Of a stretch of DNA of 32,000 nucleotides, positions 1 through 9,030 are shown in pieces (position 1 is the stretch's first letter; each line of letters opens with the position of its first letter). The stretch covers positions 60,001 to 92,000 of the forward strand of contig NZ_CP076228.1 of the NCBI RefSeq assembly GCF_021378375.1. Direction: 5' to 3'. The translations under genes and the position numbers were made by a program. This DNA is from Wolbachia endosymbiont of Drosophila innubila. Its GTDB lineage: Bacteria; Pseudomonadota; Alphaproteobacteria; Rickettsiales; Anaplasmataceae. A model generated the notes under the pieces. That model was not told the DNA's origin, did no database searches, and saw only the letters and a program-made list of their open reading frames with translations.

Positions 1-894
1 ATTCTGCATTTGCTTTATTCAAGATTTTTCTGCCGTGCTTTAACCAAATGTGGCTATTTTGATATTAAAGAGCCTTTCTCTACTTTAATCACTCAAGGAA
101 TGGTCTGCCATGCAACTTATAAAGACGAAAATGGTAAGTGGCTATTTCCCGCAGAAGCAAAAGAATTAATAGCGCGAGGTGCAAAAGTTCAAGTGGGCAA
201 AGTTGAAAAAATGAGCAAATCGAAAAAGAATACAGTTGACCCAAACTTTATCATAGAAAAGTATGGTGCTGATACTGCTCGCTTGTTTGTGTTGTCCGAC
301 ACTCCTCCGGAGAAAGATATGGAATGGTCCGATGATGGCGTGGAAGGTTGTTCTCGTTATGTAAATAAATTGTGGCGTATGGTCATGCAGCTAAGACCTG
401 TAAATATACACTATGATAATGAAAATGTTACGGGTGGACTTCTGGAGTACAGAAAAAAAATTCATAAACTCTTACACGGACTTACAGATGACTTGGAAAA
501 CTGCAGATTAAACTGTGTAGTGGCAAAATTTCGTGAGATGACGAATTTAATAGCTGAAATAGACGTAAAAACTGGAAAATCTCTTATTGATGAAGGTATA
601 TGTATATTAATCAGAGTAATCGAACCATTCATACCACATCTAGCTGAAAGCCTATGGCAAGAAATAGGAGGTCAACCTTGGCCAAAAGCTGATGAATCAT
701 TATTAGTTGACGATACGGTAACTATAGCAGTGCAAATCAATGGAAAATTACGTACAACAATCAAGGTGGCAATTAACTTACCTCAAGAAGAATTGAAGAA
801 AATAGCGATAGACTCTGTGTCCAGTAAGATCGATCAAAGCAAAGTTCGCACTGTATATGCTGTACCAAATAAGATAGTAAATATAGTTATATAA
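1..894 (+). CDS. leuS: Leucyl-tRNA synthetase, C-terminal ~297 codons (5' end outside window)
   Basis: Frame is open from nt 1 (..HLLYSRFF..). Class I KMSKS motif is present (VEKMSKSKKN), followed by a LeuRS-type C-terminal domain. Stop at 892-894. Confidence 0.95.
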   Translation: MLHLLYSRFFCRALTKCGYFDIKEPFSTLITQGMVCHATYKDENGKWLFPAEAKELIARGAKVQVGKVEKMSKSKKNTVDPNFIIEKYGADTARLFVLSDTPPEKDMEWSDDGVEGCSRYVNKLWRMVMQLRPVNIHYDNENVTGGLLEYRKKIHKLLHGLTDDLENCRLNCVVAKFREMTNLIAEIDVKTGKSLIDEGICILIRVIEPFIPHLAESLWQEIGGQPWPKADESLLVDDTVTIAVQINGKLRTTIKVAINLPQEELKKIAIDSVSSKIDQSKVRTVYAVPNKIVNIVI

Positions 895-1022
895 AAGACC
901 TGAGTAGTACGTTTTATATAATCTGATTTTATGGCTATACTTTTTTTGACATGTAGTTATATCTTTTTTAATATAAAGGATATATACTTATGCATTATAT
1001 ATTTTTTTGTATGAGGAGTTAT

Positions 1023-1658
1023 ATGAAAATAAAGAGATTGTGCGTTTTGGCTGTGTTGCTTACTTCATCTCTAGCAGGTGCAGCTAGTAATAGTGCAAGT
1101 AAGTCAGAAGATAAGTACTATGCAGGTTTAAACTTTGGTGCTGGTTGGGGTGGTGGCTTTAAAATGAAACCTGGTGTTGTTCTTGGTTACCATTATGACC
1201 AAAACTCTAAATTTGAACTTGAGGTTCTCAGTAATATTAAGTCATTAAAGAGCATAGGAGCTAGCTTATTGGCAAACTACCGCTTCTATCCTGACCTTGA
1301 TATTGATCCCGTTAAACTATATGTCAGCGGAGGTTTAGGAGGATATCTCCAAATAACACCTTTTGGCTTTGGTGTTAGTGATACAGTTGATGGTGATGGC
1401 AATAGTTCACAAGAAGAAAAAGAAAAGGAAGAAGAAACACAAGGTGCTCCAGAATCAGGTGGTGAAGCTGCTGGTTCATCTGTAGTAGATAAAATACTGA
1501 GTTCTATTTCCTATAAACTAAAGTTAGGTGTTGATTATGAAATTACTCCGCAGATAATTGGTGCAGTTGGTATGACCATGGGTGGGCAACTAAGTGGTAT
1601 AAAAGCAAAACAAATACCAGATGCAACTCTAGAGATAGGGGTACGTTATAATTTTTAA
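1023..1658 (+). CDS. Small outer-membrane beta-barrel (OmpA/OmpW-like surface antigen) protein with signal peptide
   Basis: MKIKRLCVLAVLLTSSLAGAAS signal-like N-terminus, alternating beta-strand pattern, and C-terminal ..GVRYNF (terminal aromatic typical of OMPs). It has an acidic Gly/Ser-rich loop insert (SSQEEKEKEEETQGAPESGGEAAGSS). I chose the ATG at 1023 over the upstream ATG at 990. Confidence 0.7.
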   Translation: MKIKRLCVLAVLLTSSLAGAASNSASKSEDKYYAGLNFGAGWGGGFKMKPGVVLGYHYDQNSKFELEVLSNIKSLKSIGASLLANYRFYPDLDIDPVKLYVSGGLGGYLQITPFGFGVSDTVDGDGNSSQEEKEKEEETQGAPESGGEAAGSSVVDKILSSISYKLKLGVDYEITPQIIGAVGMTMGGQLSGIKAKQIPDATLEIGVRYNF

Positions 1659-1880
1659 TGCTGCTACTTAGTTCATAAAGGTAGAGACGATGTTGAGGAT
1701 GAAATAAACAGCATTAAAAAAAATCCGAAAACGTATTTTCGAATATGGTTTTGAACGCTAGCTATAGATTAGAAAAATAACAAGAAAAAGGGTAAACATA
1801 CTGTAATTGCTGTTGAATGATGGAGTCCATTATTTTAGCACGAAGTAACGAATTCAGTAGAATAAGTTCTTCAAAAATAA

Positions 1881-2044
1881 TTTAAACTTTTATTAGTAGG
1901 AGCAGTCTCATGGAATATTATAGCGATCTCACTAAAAGAAACTTTTATAAGTATCGTTGATGAGAAAGGAAAAATTGTTAAGGAAGAAGTTGTTGCAAGA
2001 GAAAGTAAGGCAATAGCTGAATTTTTTCTTGGTCAAGGCAAAAA
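1881..2044 (+). pseudogene. Possible N-terminal fragment of an IS110-family transposase, cut off by the IS3-family insertion
   Basis: The open frame ..LLVGAVSWNIIAISLKETFISIVDEKGKIVKEEVVARESKAIAEFFLGQGKN loosely resembles the IS110 N-terminal pattern (GIDxxK..f.v.v.d..G....). It has no start codon and ends exactly at the IS boundary at 2045. Confidence 0.3.
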
Positions 2045-2130
2045 TGACCTTACCCAGAAAAAGTGGAGAGAAAGTGTGGAATGTTTTTTACAAAAAGAAT
2101 GATGCATCAAATTGTTCTGGAATGCAATAG

Positions 2131-2914
2131 TTAATAGTGACGTTGTTTGTTATAAAAAATTTCTATGTATTCAAATATTGCAGTTCTAGTTTGTTGAGCA
2201 GAGTGTTGTGAAGTATCAATAAGTATTTCTCTTTTCAATGAGCTAAAGAAGCTTTCTGCAACAGAATTGTCGTAACAACAGCCTTTATTACTCATCTATA
2301 TTCTTTACAGCTAAGAGATATTGATACCCTTGCGCAGTATATTGTGAACCTTGGTCACTGTGCAGCAGTAGATTTTTAACAGGTTTACGCCTATTAATGG
2401 CCATTAATAAAGAGTTCATAACCAATTGTTTATTTATTGCACTACTCATTAACTACCATACGTGAGAATTATTGCTGCCAAATATAGCCATCCCTCCTTG
2501 GTTTTGATGTAAGTAATCCCATACTTTATTTGGTTGATCAACAATAAAGTTTTGATCTAGTATATTGGGAGCTACAGCTCTATTATCTGTTTGTTGTTTT
2601 TAATTTTAAACTTTCTTCTCAGTATAGCCCTGATGTCATTTTTCTGCATAATACTTTGCACCGTTTTCAAATTGCAACTTTTACCCAAAGCCTTCAATTC
2701 AGCATGAATTTTAGAGCTCCATATCTACATTTAGAAACTTGATATATTTTTTGAATAGCTGCGAGTAGCTCTTTATTTGCTGATTCTCTACTGCTTATTT
2801 TTCTTGTGGTCCACTTATAGTAGCCACTAGCAGAAAATCCTACATAATTCCTGTACTTTATAGCAGTTACTATATAAAAAATATTTTACTCTTTTGACTG
2901 GCCAGGGCTTTTTT
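2131..2914 (-). pseudogene. IS3-family transposase OrfB (integrase/DDE part), multiply frameshifted
   Basis: Recognisable pieces lie in different frames: ..GFSASGYYKW.., ..YGAPKIHAELKALG.., ..APNILDQNFIVDQPNKVW / ITYIKTKEGWLYLAAII.., and C-terminal ..EIFYNKQRHY*. Confidence 0.75.
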
Positions 2915-3160
2915 TTAATGTCTCTTTCCCTTGTTACTCTTGCTTTGTAAATCAAACCTCTCTTTGTCATAAGGTGCTACATCTGGAAATGCATTTGCCG
3001 CCGACTTTTTTTCGTTGTGTTTCTTTATCCATTTTCCTAATACACTATCCCTTATTCCTAGATCTCTTGCTACTTTTGCAACTGGTTGACCTACCTTTCT
3101 TTGTTCATTTGCCAGTTTAACAGCTTCCAATTTGAATTCTGCTGTATATTCTCTTACCAT
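2915..3160 (-). CDS. IS3-family transposase OrfA (HTH DNA-binding subunit)
   Basis: MVREYTAEFKLEAVKLANEQ..VAKVARDLGI..LGKWIKK is the typical IS3 OrfA helix-turn-helix. It ends in the A-rich stretch TTAAAAAAAAG, the usual -1 frameshift site position. Confidence 0.85.
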   Translation of the reverse strand: MVREYTAEFKLEAVKLANEQRKVGQPVAKVARDLGIRDSVLGKWIKKHNEKKSAANAFPDVAPYDKERFDLQSKSNKGKRH

Positions 3161-3265
3161 TTCTAATCCTCCAAAATTTTATTTTACCCAAAAAAACTCT
3201 TTTCTTTCTCTCCACTTTTTCTGGGTAAGGTCAAACAATGACTATGCAAAAAACCTAATAACATG

Positions 3266-3271
3266 TATAAT
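3266..3271 (+). promoter_or_regulatory. Candidate -10 box (TATAAT) for pdxJ, between the IS end and the pdxJ start
   Basis: Perfect TATAAT lies 25 nt upstream of the GTG start. No convincing -35 at 17 bp spacing (best match tatgca). Confidence 0.3.
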
Positions 3272-3296
3272 CTATAAATAATTTCTGAGGTAGATT

Positions 3297-4004
3297 GTGA
3301 AACTAGGTGTTAATATCGATCACGTTGCAACCCTCCGCAACGCACGTGGAACTTCTTATCCAGATCCATTGAAAGCAGCAGAAATAGCCATTGACGCTGG
3401 AGCAGACTTTATTACTGTACACTTACGAGAAGATAGAAGGCATATTAGAGATGAAGACGTATTTAACCTAAAAAAAAGCATTAGCACTGAGCTAAATCTT
3501 GAAATTGCAGCCACGGAAGAAATGCTTGAAATAGCAAAAAAGGTAAAACCCTATTCGATTAGTATAGTACCAGAAAAAAGAGAAGAATTAACAACCGAAG
3601 GTGGCCTGGATATCGTGAATATGCACAGTAAACTTTCTAGTATAATAGAGGAAATGCATAGCTCTAGCATAAAAGTCTCACTGTTTATCGATCCAAATAT
3701 TGATCAACTAAAATATCTTGAAAAGCTAGGGACAAAACCTGACATAATAGAAATTCACACAGGGGATTACTGTGATAATCCATCAGAAAAAAAGTTACAG
3801 TTAATTACTAATGCTGCAGAGTACGTCAATAAATTAGGAATAGAATGCCACGCAGGACATGGCATAACTTATAAACACGCTAAGAAGATGACAAGAATAT
3901 CTCACATCTCAGCTCTTAACATAGGCCACTATTTAATTAGCGAAGCTGTATTTTACGGCTTACACAGCGTAGTAAAAACAATGAAAATGACAATGTCTAA
4001 CTAA
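3297..4004 (+). CDS. pdxJ: Pyridoxine 5'-phosphate synthase
   Basis: (M)[33 protein letters not shown].. are hallmark PdxJ motifs. GTG start. Confidence 0.93.
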   Translation: MKLGVNIDHVATLRNARGTSYPDPLKAAEIAIDAGADFITVHLREDRRHIRDEDVFNLKKSISTELNLEIAATEEMLEIAKKVKPYSISIVPEKREELTTEGGLDIVNMHSKLSSIIEEMHSSSIKVSLFIDPNIDQLKYLEKLGTKPDIIEIHTGDYCDNPSEKKLQLITNAAEYVNKLGIECHAGHGITYKHAKKMTRISHISALNIGHYLISEAVFYGLHSVVKTMKMTMSN

Positions 4005-4308
4005 CTGCTGCTTTTTCCTTCTCATTTAAAATACTTAAAAGAGTTTGGCTTGCTTTAAATTTTACCCTTGTCTTTTTAGGAACAGTCATGATCTGACCAC
4101 TTTGGGGGTTACGACATTGTTTTTCCTGACTGATAGCAGTAGAAAATGTTCCTATTCCATGCAAACGTATTTCACCTTTCCCATGCAGCTCATTCTTTAT
4201 TATTTTAATAAACGCATCATGAATCTTGCTCAAATCAGATTTTGTTATATCTATATTCTGACTAGAACAATCTTCCTTTAATTGTTTTATTATATCTTCT
4301 TTACTCAT
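3997..4308 (-). CDS. HU/IHF-family DNA-binding protein
   Basis: ..[41 protein letters not shown].. is the HU/IHF beta-arm signature. It overlaps the pdxJ 3' end convergently by 8 nt. Confidence 0.85.
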   Translation of the reverse strand: MSKEDIIKQLKEDCSSQNIDITKSDLSKIHDAFIKIIKNELHGKGEIRLHGIGTFSTAISQEKQCRNPQSGQIMTVPKKTRVKFKASQTLLSILNEKEKAAVS

Positions 4309-4454
4309 AAATTACCTTAATATTGAAAAAATCACATAAATAGCATATTATGTTGACACCGATAGTCAACTAAATTCATCACAAAAATAGAGGATATCAT
4401 ACATTTTTGCAAATATTTGTATAATACTTACAAAAAAACACCCCTATAAAATAA

Positions 4455-4910
4455 CTATCTCTTAGAAAATTGACACTTTTTCCGAGCTTTATGTTGACCA
4501 TATTTCTTACGTTCAACAACACGTGAATCTCTAGTTAAGAACTCACCATTACGTAGTATAGAATGCAAATCTTGGCTTACACTACTTAAAGCTCTGCTTA
4601 TTCCATGAGCTAGAGCACCTGCTTGACCAGATAGCCCTCCACCTTTTACAGTTGCAAATACATCGTATTTATCCAATGTGGAAGTTGCAACAAATGGCAT
4701 TTTTACTATTTGGCACACTGACTCTCTTTTAAAATAAGAAATTAGATCGCCTTTTTTGTTAACACTAAATTTTCCACTCCCCGGCTTTATCCATACTCTT
4801 GCTACAGATTCTTTTCTTCGGCCTGTAGCATATAAACGACCAAGCGAATCAACTGCTGATTTAATTGTCTTTTCTGACCAATCATTGTTATTTATTGTAA
4901 AACTCTTCAT
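4455..4910 (-). CDS. rpsI: 30S ribosomal protein S9
   Basis: ..[24 protein letters not shown].. and C-terminal ..[16 protein letters not shown]. Confidence 0.95.
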   Translation of the reverse strand: MKSFTINNNDWSEKTIKSAVDSLGRLYATGRRKESVARVWIKPGSGKFSVNKKGDLISYFKRESVCQIVKMPFVATSTLDKYDVFATVKGGGLSGQAGALAHGISRALSSVSQDLHSILRNGEFLTRDSRVVERKKYGQHKARKKCQFSKR

Positions 4911-4920
4911 TTTTACTCCA

Positions 4921-5379
4921 TTACTTTTTATTTTTACGATTCAAAGAGGCAAAATCTATCTTTTCAGGTTGCTGTCCTTGATGCTTATGCTCTGAACCAG
5001 AATAAACATACAAATTTTCAAAGCGTCTACGTGCCATAGGCCCATCATCAAGCATCCTTTTCACTGCCATTTCTATTACACGCTCAGGAAATTTGCCATT
5101 TAAAATATTATCTGGAGTAGTTTTCTTCAAACCACCAGAATAACCTGTATGCTTATAGTAAATTTTATCTTTAAGCTTCTTTCCGGTGAAATGCACCTTT
5201 TCTGCGTTGATAATAATTACATTATCGCCACAATCCATATGAGGTGTATACTCAGGTTTATGCTTTCCACGTAATAGTGTCGCTACAAATGCTGCAAGCC
5301 TCCCTACCACTAATCCTTCTGCATCCATGACAAACCACTTTTTATTGATTTGTTTCTCCTTTAAGAAAAAAGTCTTCAT
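4921..5379 (-). CDS. rplM: 50S ribosomal protein L13
   Basis: [46 protein letters not shown].. I chose the start at MKTF (5379) by analogy with the usual L13 N-terminus; the ORF track start is 5394. Confidence 0.95.
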   Translation of the reverse strand: MKTFFLKEKQINKKWFVMDAEGLVVGRLAAFVATLLRGKHKPEYTPHMDCGDNVIIINAEKVHFTGKKLKDKIYYKHTGYSGGLKKTTPDNILNGKFPERVIEMAVKRMLDDGPMARRRFENLYVYSGSEHKHQGQQPEKIDFASLNRKNKK

Positions 5380-5508
5380 TATTTGATCCAACAATAGTAA
5401 GCTATGATATACTTAATTTCTCAATAGTGTCAACAATATTAGTTATTGATTATTAAAGTAATTTATGTTAGTAATTGAGCTGCGCAACCAATATGCATAA
5501 GAATTAGA

Positions 5509-6732
5509 ATGTTTCGATTGATTATCACACTTGCGATCATTTTTAATACTATAAGTTGCTATGCAACCGATGTGGGAGAAGTGATAAGCAAAGCCATCAA
5601 AAATAGCTCAAAAATAAAGTCTCAATTTTACCAATATAAAAGCGCAGAAAAACACTATAAATCTTCTGGTTTAGCTGGATTTTTACCTGACATTAATTTG
5701 CAATACAATTTCGATAGTAACTTTAATCTTGATACATCTGAAAAAAAACTTACATTGCGCCAGAAATTAATCGATGGCGGTGGTACCTTTGCCACATTCA
5801 GTCGATCAAGCCATCTTCTCAAAGCAGAAAAGATGCGATTTCAGCAATTAAAACAAGAGCTTGCACTTAATGCTGTGAAAGCATATGTTAATGTTTTACA
5901 AAAGACAGAAATATTAAAGCTCAGAGAACATAAAGAACGCGTTTCTTTGGAACATTTGTCAGCTATGAAAAAACGCTTTTCCCTTGGAGAGGTAACCAAT
6001 GCTGAAGTTTTGTTAGCAAAAGCAAAATTTTCGTCTTCTATATCCGAAAGAGTTGATGCTGAAGGTAAATTAAAGTTGGTAAATATTGCTTATTATCATT
6101 TGATTGGCGAAGATGCTGATGACCTTTCTGAAGCTAATGATAAACTACCTTCTGTTCCAGAGTTAAATGAATGTTTACAGTTAGCAAAAATCAATAATTT
6201 ATCTCTAAAAGCAGCAGTTTATCAAAAAAGAGCAGCCGGAATGGAAGTGATTGCTGAAAGCTCCAAGTGGCTTCCTTCTTTAAATCTAAGTGCAAGCAAA
6301 AATTTTGGGGAGGATGGTATGAAGGTAGACAAACTATTAGAAAATGTTCATGTAGTTTTTACTCTTGATGTTCCAATCTTTAAGAGAGGAGTTAATGCTT
6401 TTGGTGTCAGTAAAGCTAAAATGGATGCAAAAAAATCTACCTACGATTATTATGAAACGGTAAAAAATATAGAACAAGCAGTTGTAAATGCTTGGAATAA
6501 TGTGTTGACAGCAAAGGCCATTATCAAAGCAAGTCAAGAAGCGGAAAAAGCAGCAGCTCTAGCATTGGAAGGAGTTGAGCAAGAAGTAAACTTAAATTTA
6601 AAGAGTACATCTGACCTTTTGGACACTGAAGATGCATTATTTAAAGCACGTTCAGACTTAGTTGAAGCAAAAAGCAATTATGTGATTAGTGTTTACAACT
6701 TGCTTTTTATGATAAATAGTATAAACCTCTAA
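5509..6732 (+). CDS. tolC: TolC-family outer-membrane efflux protein
   Basis: Signal-like N-terminus and two-repeat helical/beta architecture, with motifs such as ..LPDINLQYNF.., ..RFSLGEVTNAEVLLAKAKF.. and ..SDLVEAKSNYVISVYNLL.. typical of the OEP/TolC family. Confidence 0.8.
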   Translation: MFRLIITLAIIFNTISCYATDVGEVISKAIKNSSKIKSQFYQYKSAEKHYKSSGLAGFLPDINLQYNFDSNFNLDTSEKKLTLRQKLIDGGGTFATFSRSSHLLKAEKMRFQQLKQELALNAVKAYVNVLQKTEILKLREHKERVSLEHLSAMKKRFSLGEVTNAEVLLAKAKFSSSISERVDAEGKLKLVNIAYYHLIGEDADDLSEANDKLPSVPELNECLQLAKINNLSLKAAVYQKRAAGMEVIAESSKWLPSLNLSASKNFGEDGMKVDKLLENVHVVFTLDVPIFKRGVNAFGVSKAKMDAKKSTYDYYETVKNIEQAVVNAWNNVLTAKAIIKASQEAEKAAALALEGVEQEVNLNLKSTSDLLDTEDALFKARSDLVEAKSNYVISVYNLLFMINSINL

Positions 6733-6751
6733 ATTTAATGGTATTAGCACT

Positions 6752-7327
6752 ATGCATGATGAACAAGGTAATCAATCTGTAAAAGATATCCTAGAAGATA
6801 TAAAAAAAGCTATATCGGGTAAAAACGCGAGTAACGATAAAGCAGAAATAAAGGATGAAAATGATGATGTGCTATACCTTGAGGAAGAGTATCCAGAAGA
6901 AATAGAAGAAGATGGCAAAAAAGAAAATAATGAAAAAGAGGACATTGATAATGATGACCAAAGTGAGGAAATGGCTTGCAACAATAACCAATTTAATGGC
7001 CATAGCTACAATTCAGAAGAAAAAAAAGATATTTATTTGTACGATAATATCCAAATGAGTAATAACACAGCGAGTAATAGCGGCTTACAAGCGCAAAATA
7101 ACGATCATCTAATTTTAAAAGAGAATATGGAAGAGATCAAAGCGTTGCTTGGAAAAATGCAAAACGAATTACAGCATAAACAACAAAAAAAAGCGAACCT
7201 TACTGTTGAAGAATTAGTTACATCTCTTTTAAAACCTCAGCTCTCAGAATGGCTGAATAAATATCTACATGCACTGGTAAAAGAAGTAGTTGAAAAAGAG
7301 CTTAAAGATATAATCAATAATAAGTAG
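6752..7327 (+). CDS. PopZ-like (DUF2497) pole-organising protein homologue with acidic low-complexity centre
   Basis: N-terminus ..SVKDILEDIKKAISG resembles PopZ ..MEEILASIRRIIS. C-terminus LTVEELVTSLLKPQLSEWLNKYLHALVKEVVEKELKDI resembles the PopZ/DUF2497 C-terminus TLEDVVRELLRPLLKEWLDQNLPRIVE... The middle is acidic and disordered. Confidence 0.65.
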   Translation: MHDEQGNQSVKDILEDIKKAISGKNASNDKAEIKDENDDVLYLEEEYPEEIEEDGKKENNEKEDIDNDDQSEEMACNNNQFNGHSYNSEEKKDIYLYDNIQMSNNTASNSGLQAQNNDHLILKENMEEIKALLGKMQNELQHKQQKKANLTVEELVTSLLKPQLSEWLNKYLHALVKEVVEKELKDIINNK

Positions 7328-7403
7328 GGTATTAGCAATAAAAACTAGAGTAAAGACGGCTAGAGGCAGAAAACTATCTTCAACAAGGTGGCTACATCGT
7401 CAT

Positions 7404-7982
7404 TTGAATGATCAGTATGTGCAAAAAACTAGCAAGGATGGTTATAGGTCACGCTCAGCATATAAGCTGGTAGAAATGGATAACAAATTTAAATTATTCC
7501 AAAAAGGGCAAAAAATTATTGATCTTGGTGCTTCTCCTGGTGGATGGTCACAAGTTGCATCTCAGAAAGGTGCAAATGTGGTTGCTCTTGACATAAAACC
7601 AATGAACGCAATTAATGGAGTAGAGTTTATACAATGTGATATTATCAATGAGTTTGAAATTTTAAGAGAAAAATTCAAGGATCAAAAATTTGATGTAATT
7701 TTATCTGACATGGCGCCCGAATCTTGTGGTTTAAAATCGTTGGATCATATCAGAATTATGCTTTTATGCGAAGCAGCGCTCAATTTTGCAAAGCATTTCT
7801 TGAGTCATGGTGGCACGTTTGTAGTAAAAATTTTCCAAGGAGAATCTGACAAAGATTTTTGTAACGAGCTAAAAAAAATGTTTAAAACAGTAAAATACTT
7901 TAAACCAAAGTCAAGTAGATCTGAATCTACAGAAATGTATTTGGTAAGTTTAGGCTTTATTGGCAGCAAAACTTTTATATAA
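7404..7982 (+). CDS. rlmE: 23S rRNA (uridine-2'-O)-methyltransferase RlmE/FtsJ
   Basis: ..GYRSRSAYKLVEMDNKFKLF..IIDLGASPGGWSQVA.. includes the SAM-binding motif. The first canonical start is TTG at 7404, but conserved N-terminal residues (RKLSSTRWLHRHLND) are encoded in frame upstream (7368-7412); see findings. Confidence 0.9.
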   Translation: MNDQYVQKTSKDGYRSRSAYKLVEMDNKFKLFQKGQKIIDLGASPGGWSQVASQKGANVVALDIKPMNAINGVEFIQCDIINEFEILREKFKDQKFDVILSDMAPESCGLKSLDHIRIMLLCEAALNFAKHFLSHGGTFVVKIFQGESDKDFCNELKKMFKTVKYFKPKSSRSESTEMYLVSLGFIGSKTFI

Positions 7983-8203
7983 TATTAATCTAGGTAGTCC
8001 GCAGAAACAAAAAAACTTACTTAACACCCTTCGCCAACCCCCTTATCATGAAACTGAAGCTATTGTATTTGCTTTCGCCAATCTGCAGATTAAAAGGTAA
8101 GGATTACTTAATGTATCGGCGTCTTATGTTCAATTTTTTACAGTATATAGATACTGTATGTCTTTACAAAACTTCATCTACATCTAGGTTTTTATCTAAA
8201 TAA

Positions 8204-8487
8204 GCTGAACGCGCTTATAAAGCGTTACAAGACATCAAAAAATGCCAATACTCGACAGAGATAGTAAAAGACTAGCTAACTCGGGGATTCTTTGTCTTTT
8301 TTTCTGCTTAGTAAACTTCTTAAACATTTGCAGCGTAAGTTAGTTGCAATTAAAAGCAGCTGAATCTCGCTTGTCAAGCGTTTAAAACATAAAAAACGCC
8401 AATATTTTAAAGCGGATAATAACCCCAGGGCTTCTTTTGCCTTTTTTTCATTTGGTAAATTTCTTAATGTTTATAGCTAAACGACAA
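8204..8487. repeat. Degenerate tandem duplication (~155-bp period), each unit with a short hairpin and a G/C-rich stretch followed by a T-run
   Basis: By-eye alignment: GCTGAACGCGCTTATAAAGCGTTACAAGACATCAAAAAATGCCAATA.. (8204) versus GCTGAATCTCGCTTGTCAAGCGTTTAAAACATAAAAAACGCCAATA.. (8359). Units end ..CGGGGATTCTTTGTCTTTTTTTCTGCTTAGTAAACTTCTTAA versus ..CCCAGGGCTTCTTTTGCCTTTTTTTCATTTGGTAAATTTCTTAA. Confidence 0.5.
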
Positions 8488-8567
8488 TCGTCATCCCAGC
8501 GGGATCTGGAGATACCGCGGCGGTATGACGGTTCGCGACGGCATGACGATAAGGTTTATATCTTGTC

Positions 8568-8590
8568 ATCCCAGTGCTTGACACTGGGAT
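8568..8590. repeat. Perfect 9-bp stem / 5-nt loop hairpin (ATCCCAGTG-CTTGA-CACTGGGAT)
   Basis: Read directly from the sequence. It belongs to the same family as 8674-8696 and 11518-11540. Confidence 0.85.
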
Positions 8591-8673
8591 CCAGGAATTT
8601 TATTAAGTTGGTGAGCATAAAAATAGCTGTTTTACGTTAAAATACAATGTTTTGATGATTATGGAAGGGCTGG

Positions 8674-8696
8674 ATTCCAGTGTCAAGCACTGGAAT
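8674..8696. repeat. Perfect 9-bp stem / 5-nt loop hairpin (ATTCCAGTG-TCAAG-CACTGGAAT), inverted orientation relative to 8568-8590
   Basis: The loop TCAAG is the reverse complement of CTTGA in the 8568 copy. Confidence 0.85.
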
Positions 8697-8784
8697 GACA
8701 CCATAGGGGCACTGCCATCATAAAGGAACCAGTGTCGGCTACTCGGATGACATCATAGGGGCCGCTGGGATGACACCCTGACAA

Positions 8785-9030
8785 TCGTCATCCCGCTACT
8801 TGTTAGCGGGATCTGGAGATACCGTGACGGTATGATGAGGGAGAACAGTTAGCGAATGAGATACCGCGAATGAATCGCGGTATAACGGTTCGCGGTGGTA
8901 TAGTAACTCGTCATCCCGCTACTTGTTAGCGGGATCTGGAGATACCGTGACGGTATGATGAGGGAGAACAGTTAGCGGATGAGATACCGCGAATGAATCG
9001 TGGTATGACGGTTCGCGGTGGCATGATGTA
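8785..9030. repeat. Tandem repeat, 2 x 123 bp, each unit containing three hairpins
   Basis: Unit 1 (8785-8907) and unit 2 (8908-9030) are near-identical. Hairpins: CCCGCTA-CTTGT-TAGCGGG, ATACCG-TGA-CGGTAT, ATACCGCGA-ATGAA-TCGCGGTAT. Confidence 0.9.

Larger units (their letters stand above)
2045..3233 (-). mobile_element. IS3-family insertion sequence, decayed copy A (1189 bp)
   Basis: Perfect 30-bp terminal inverted repeats TGACCTTACCCAGAAAAAGTGGAGAGAAAG (TG..CA ends). OrfA has an HTH; an A-run lies at the OrfA end; OrfB remnants have DDE-transposase motifs in several frames. Confidence 0.88.

Noticed and set aside
2903-2916. Functional programmed -1 frameshift site of the IS3 element (TTAAAAAAAAG at the OrfA end)
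   Set aside because: The slippery run is present, and its length differs between copies (8 versus 9). Downstream OrfB is broken in several further places, so no OrfAB fusion transposase can be made from these copies.
7983-8203. Possible small RNA gene (tmRNA, RNase P, 6S or SRP) in the long rlmE-downstream gap
   Set aside because: I could not recognise any conserved motifs of these RNAs by eye. A covariance-model scan would be needed, so no call is made.
8437-8640. 67-aa ORF in the palindromic repeat region
   Set aside because: It is composed of repeat-element sequence. Equivalent frames in the other repeat copies are not conserved as coding sequence.
8785-9030. Possible CRISPR array, given regularly repeated palindromic sequence
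   Set aside because: There are only two directly abutting 123-bp units with no unique spacers. The repeats are far longer than CRISPR repeats and no cas genes are in the window. The region is better explained as a tandem of a palindromic selfish element.
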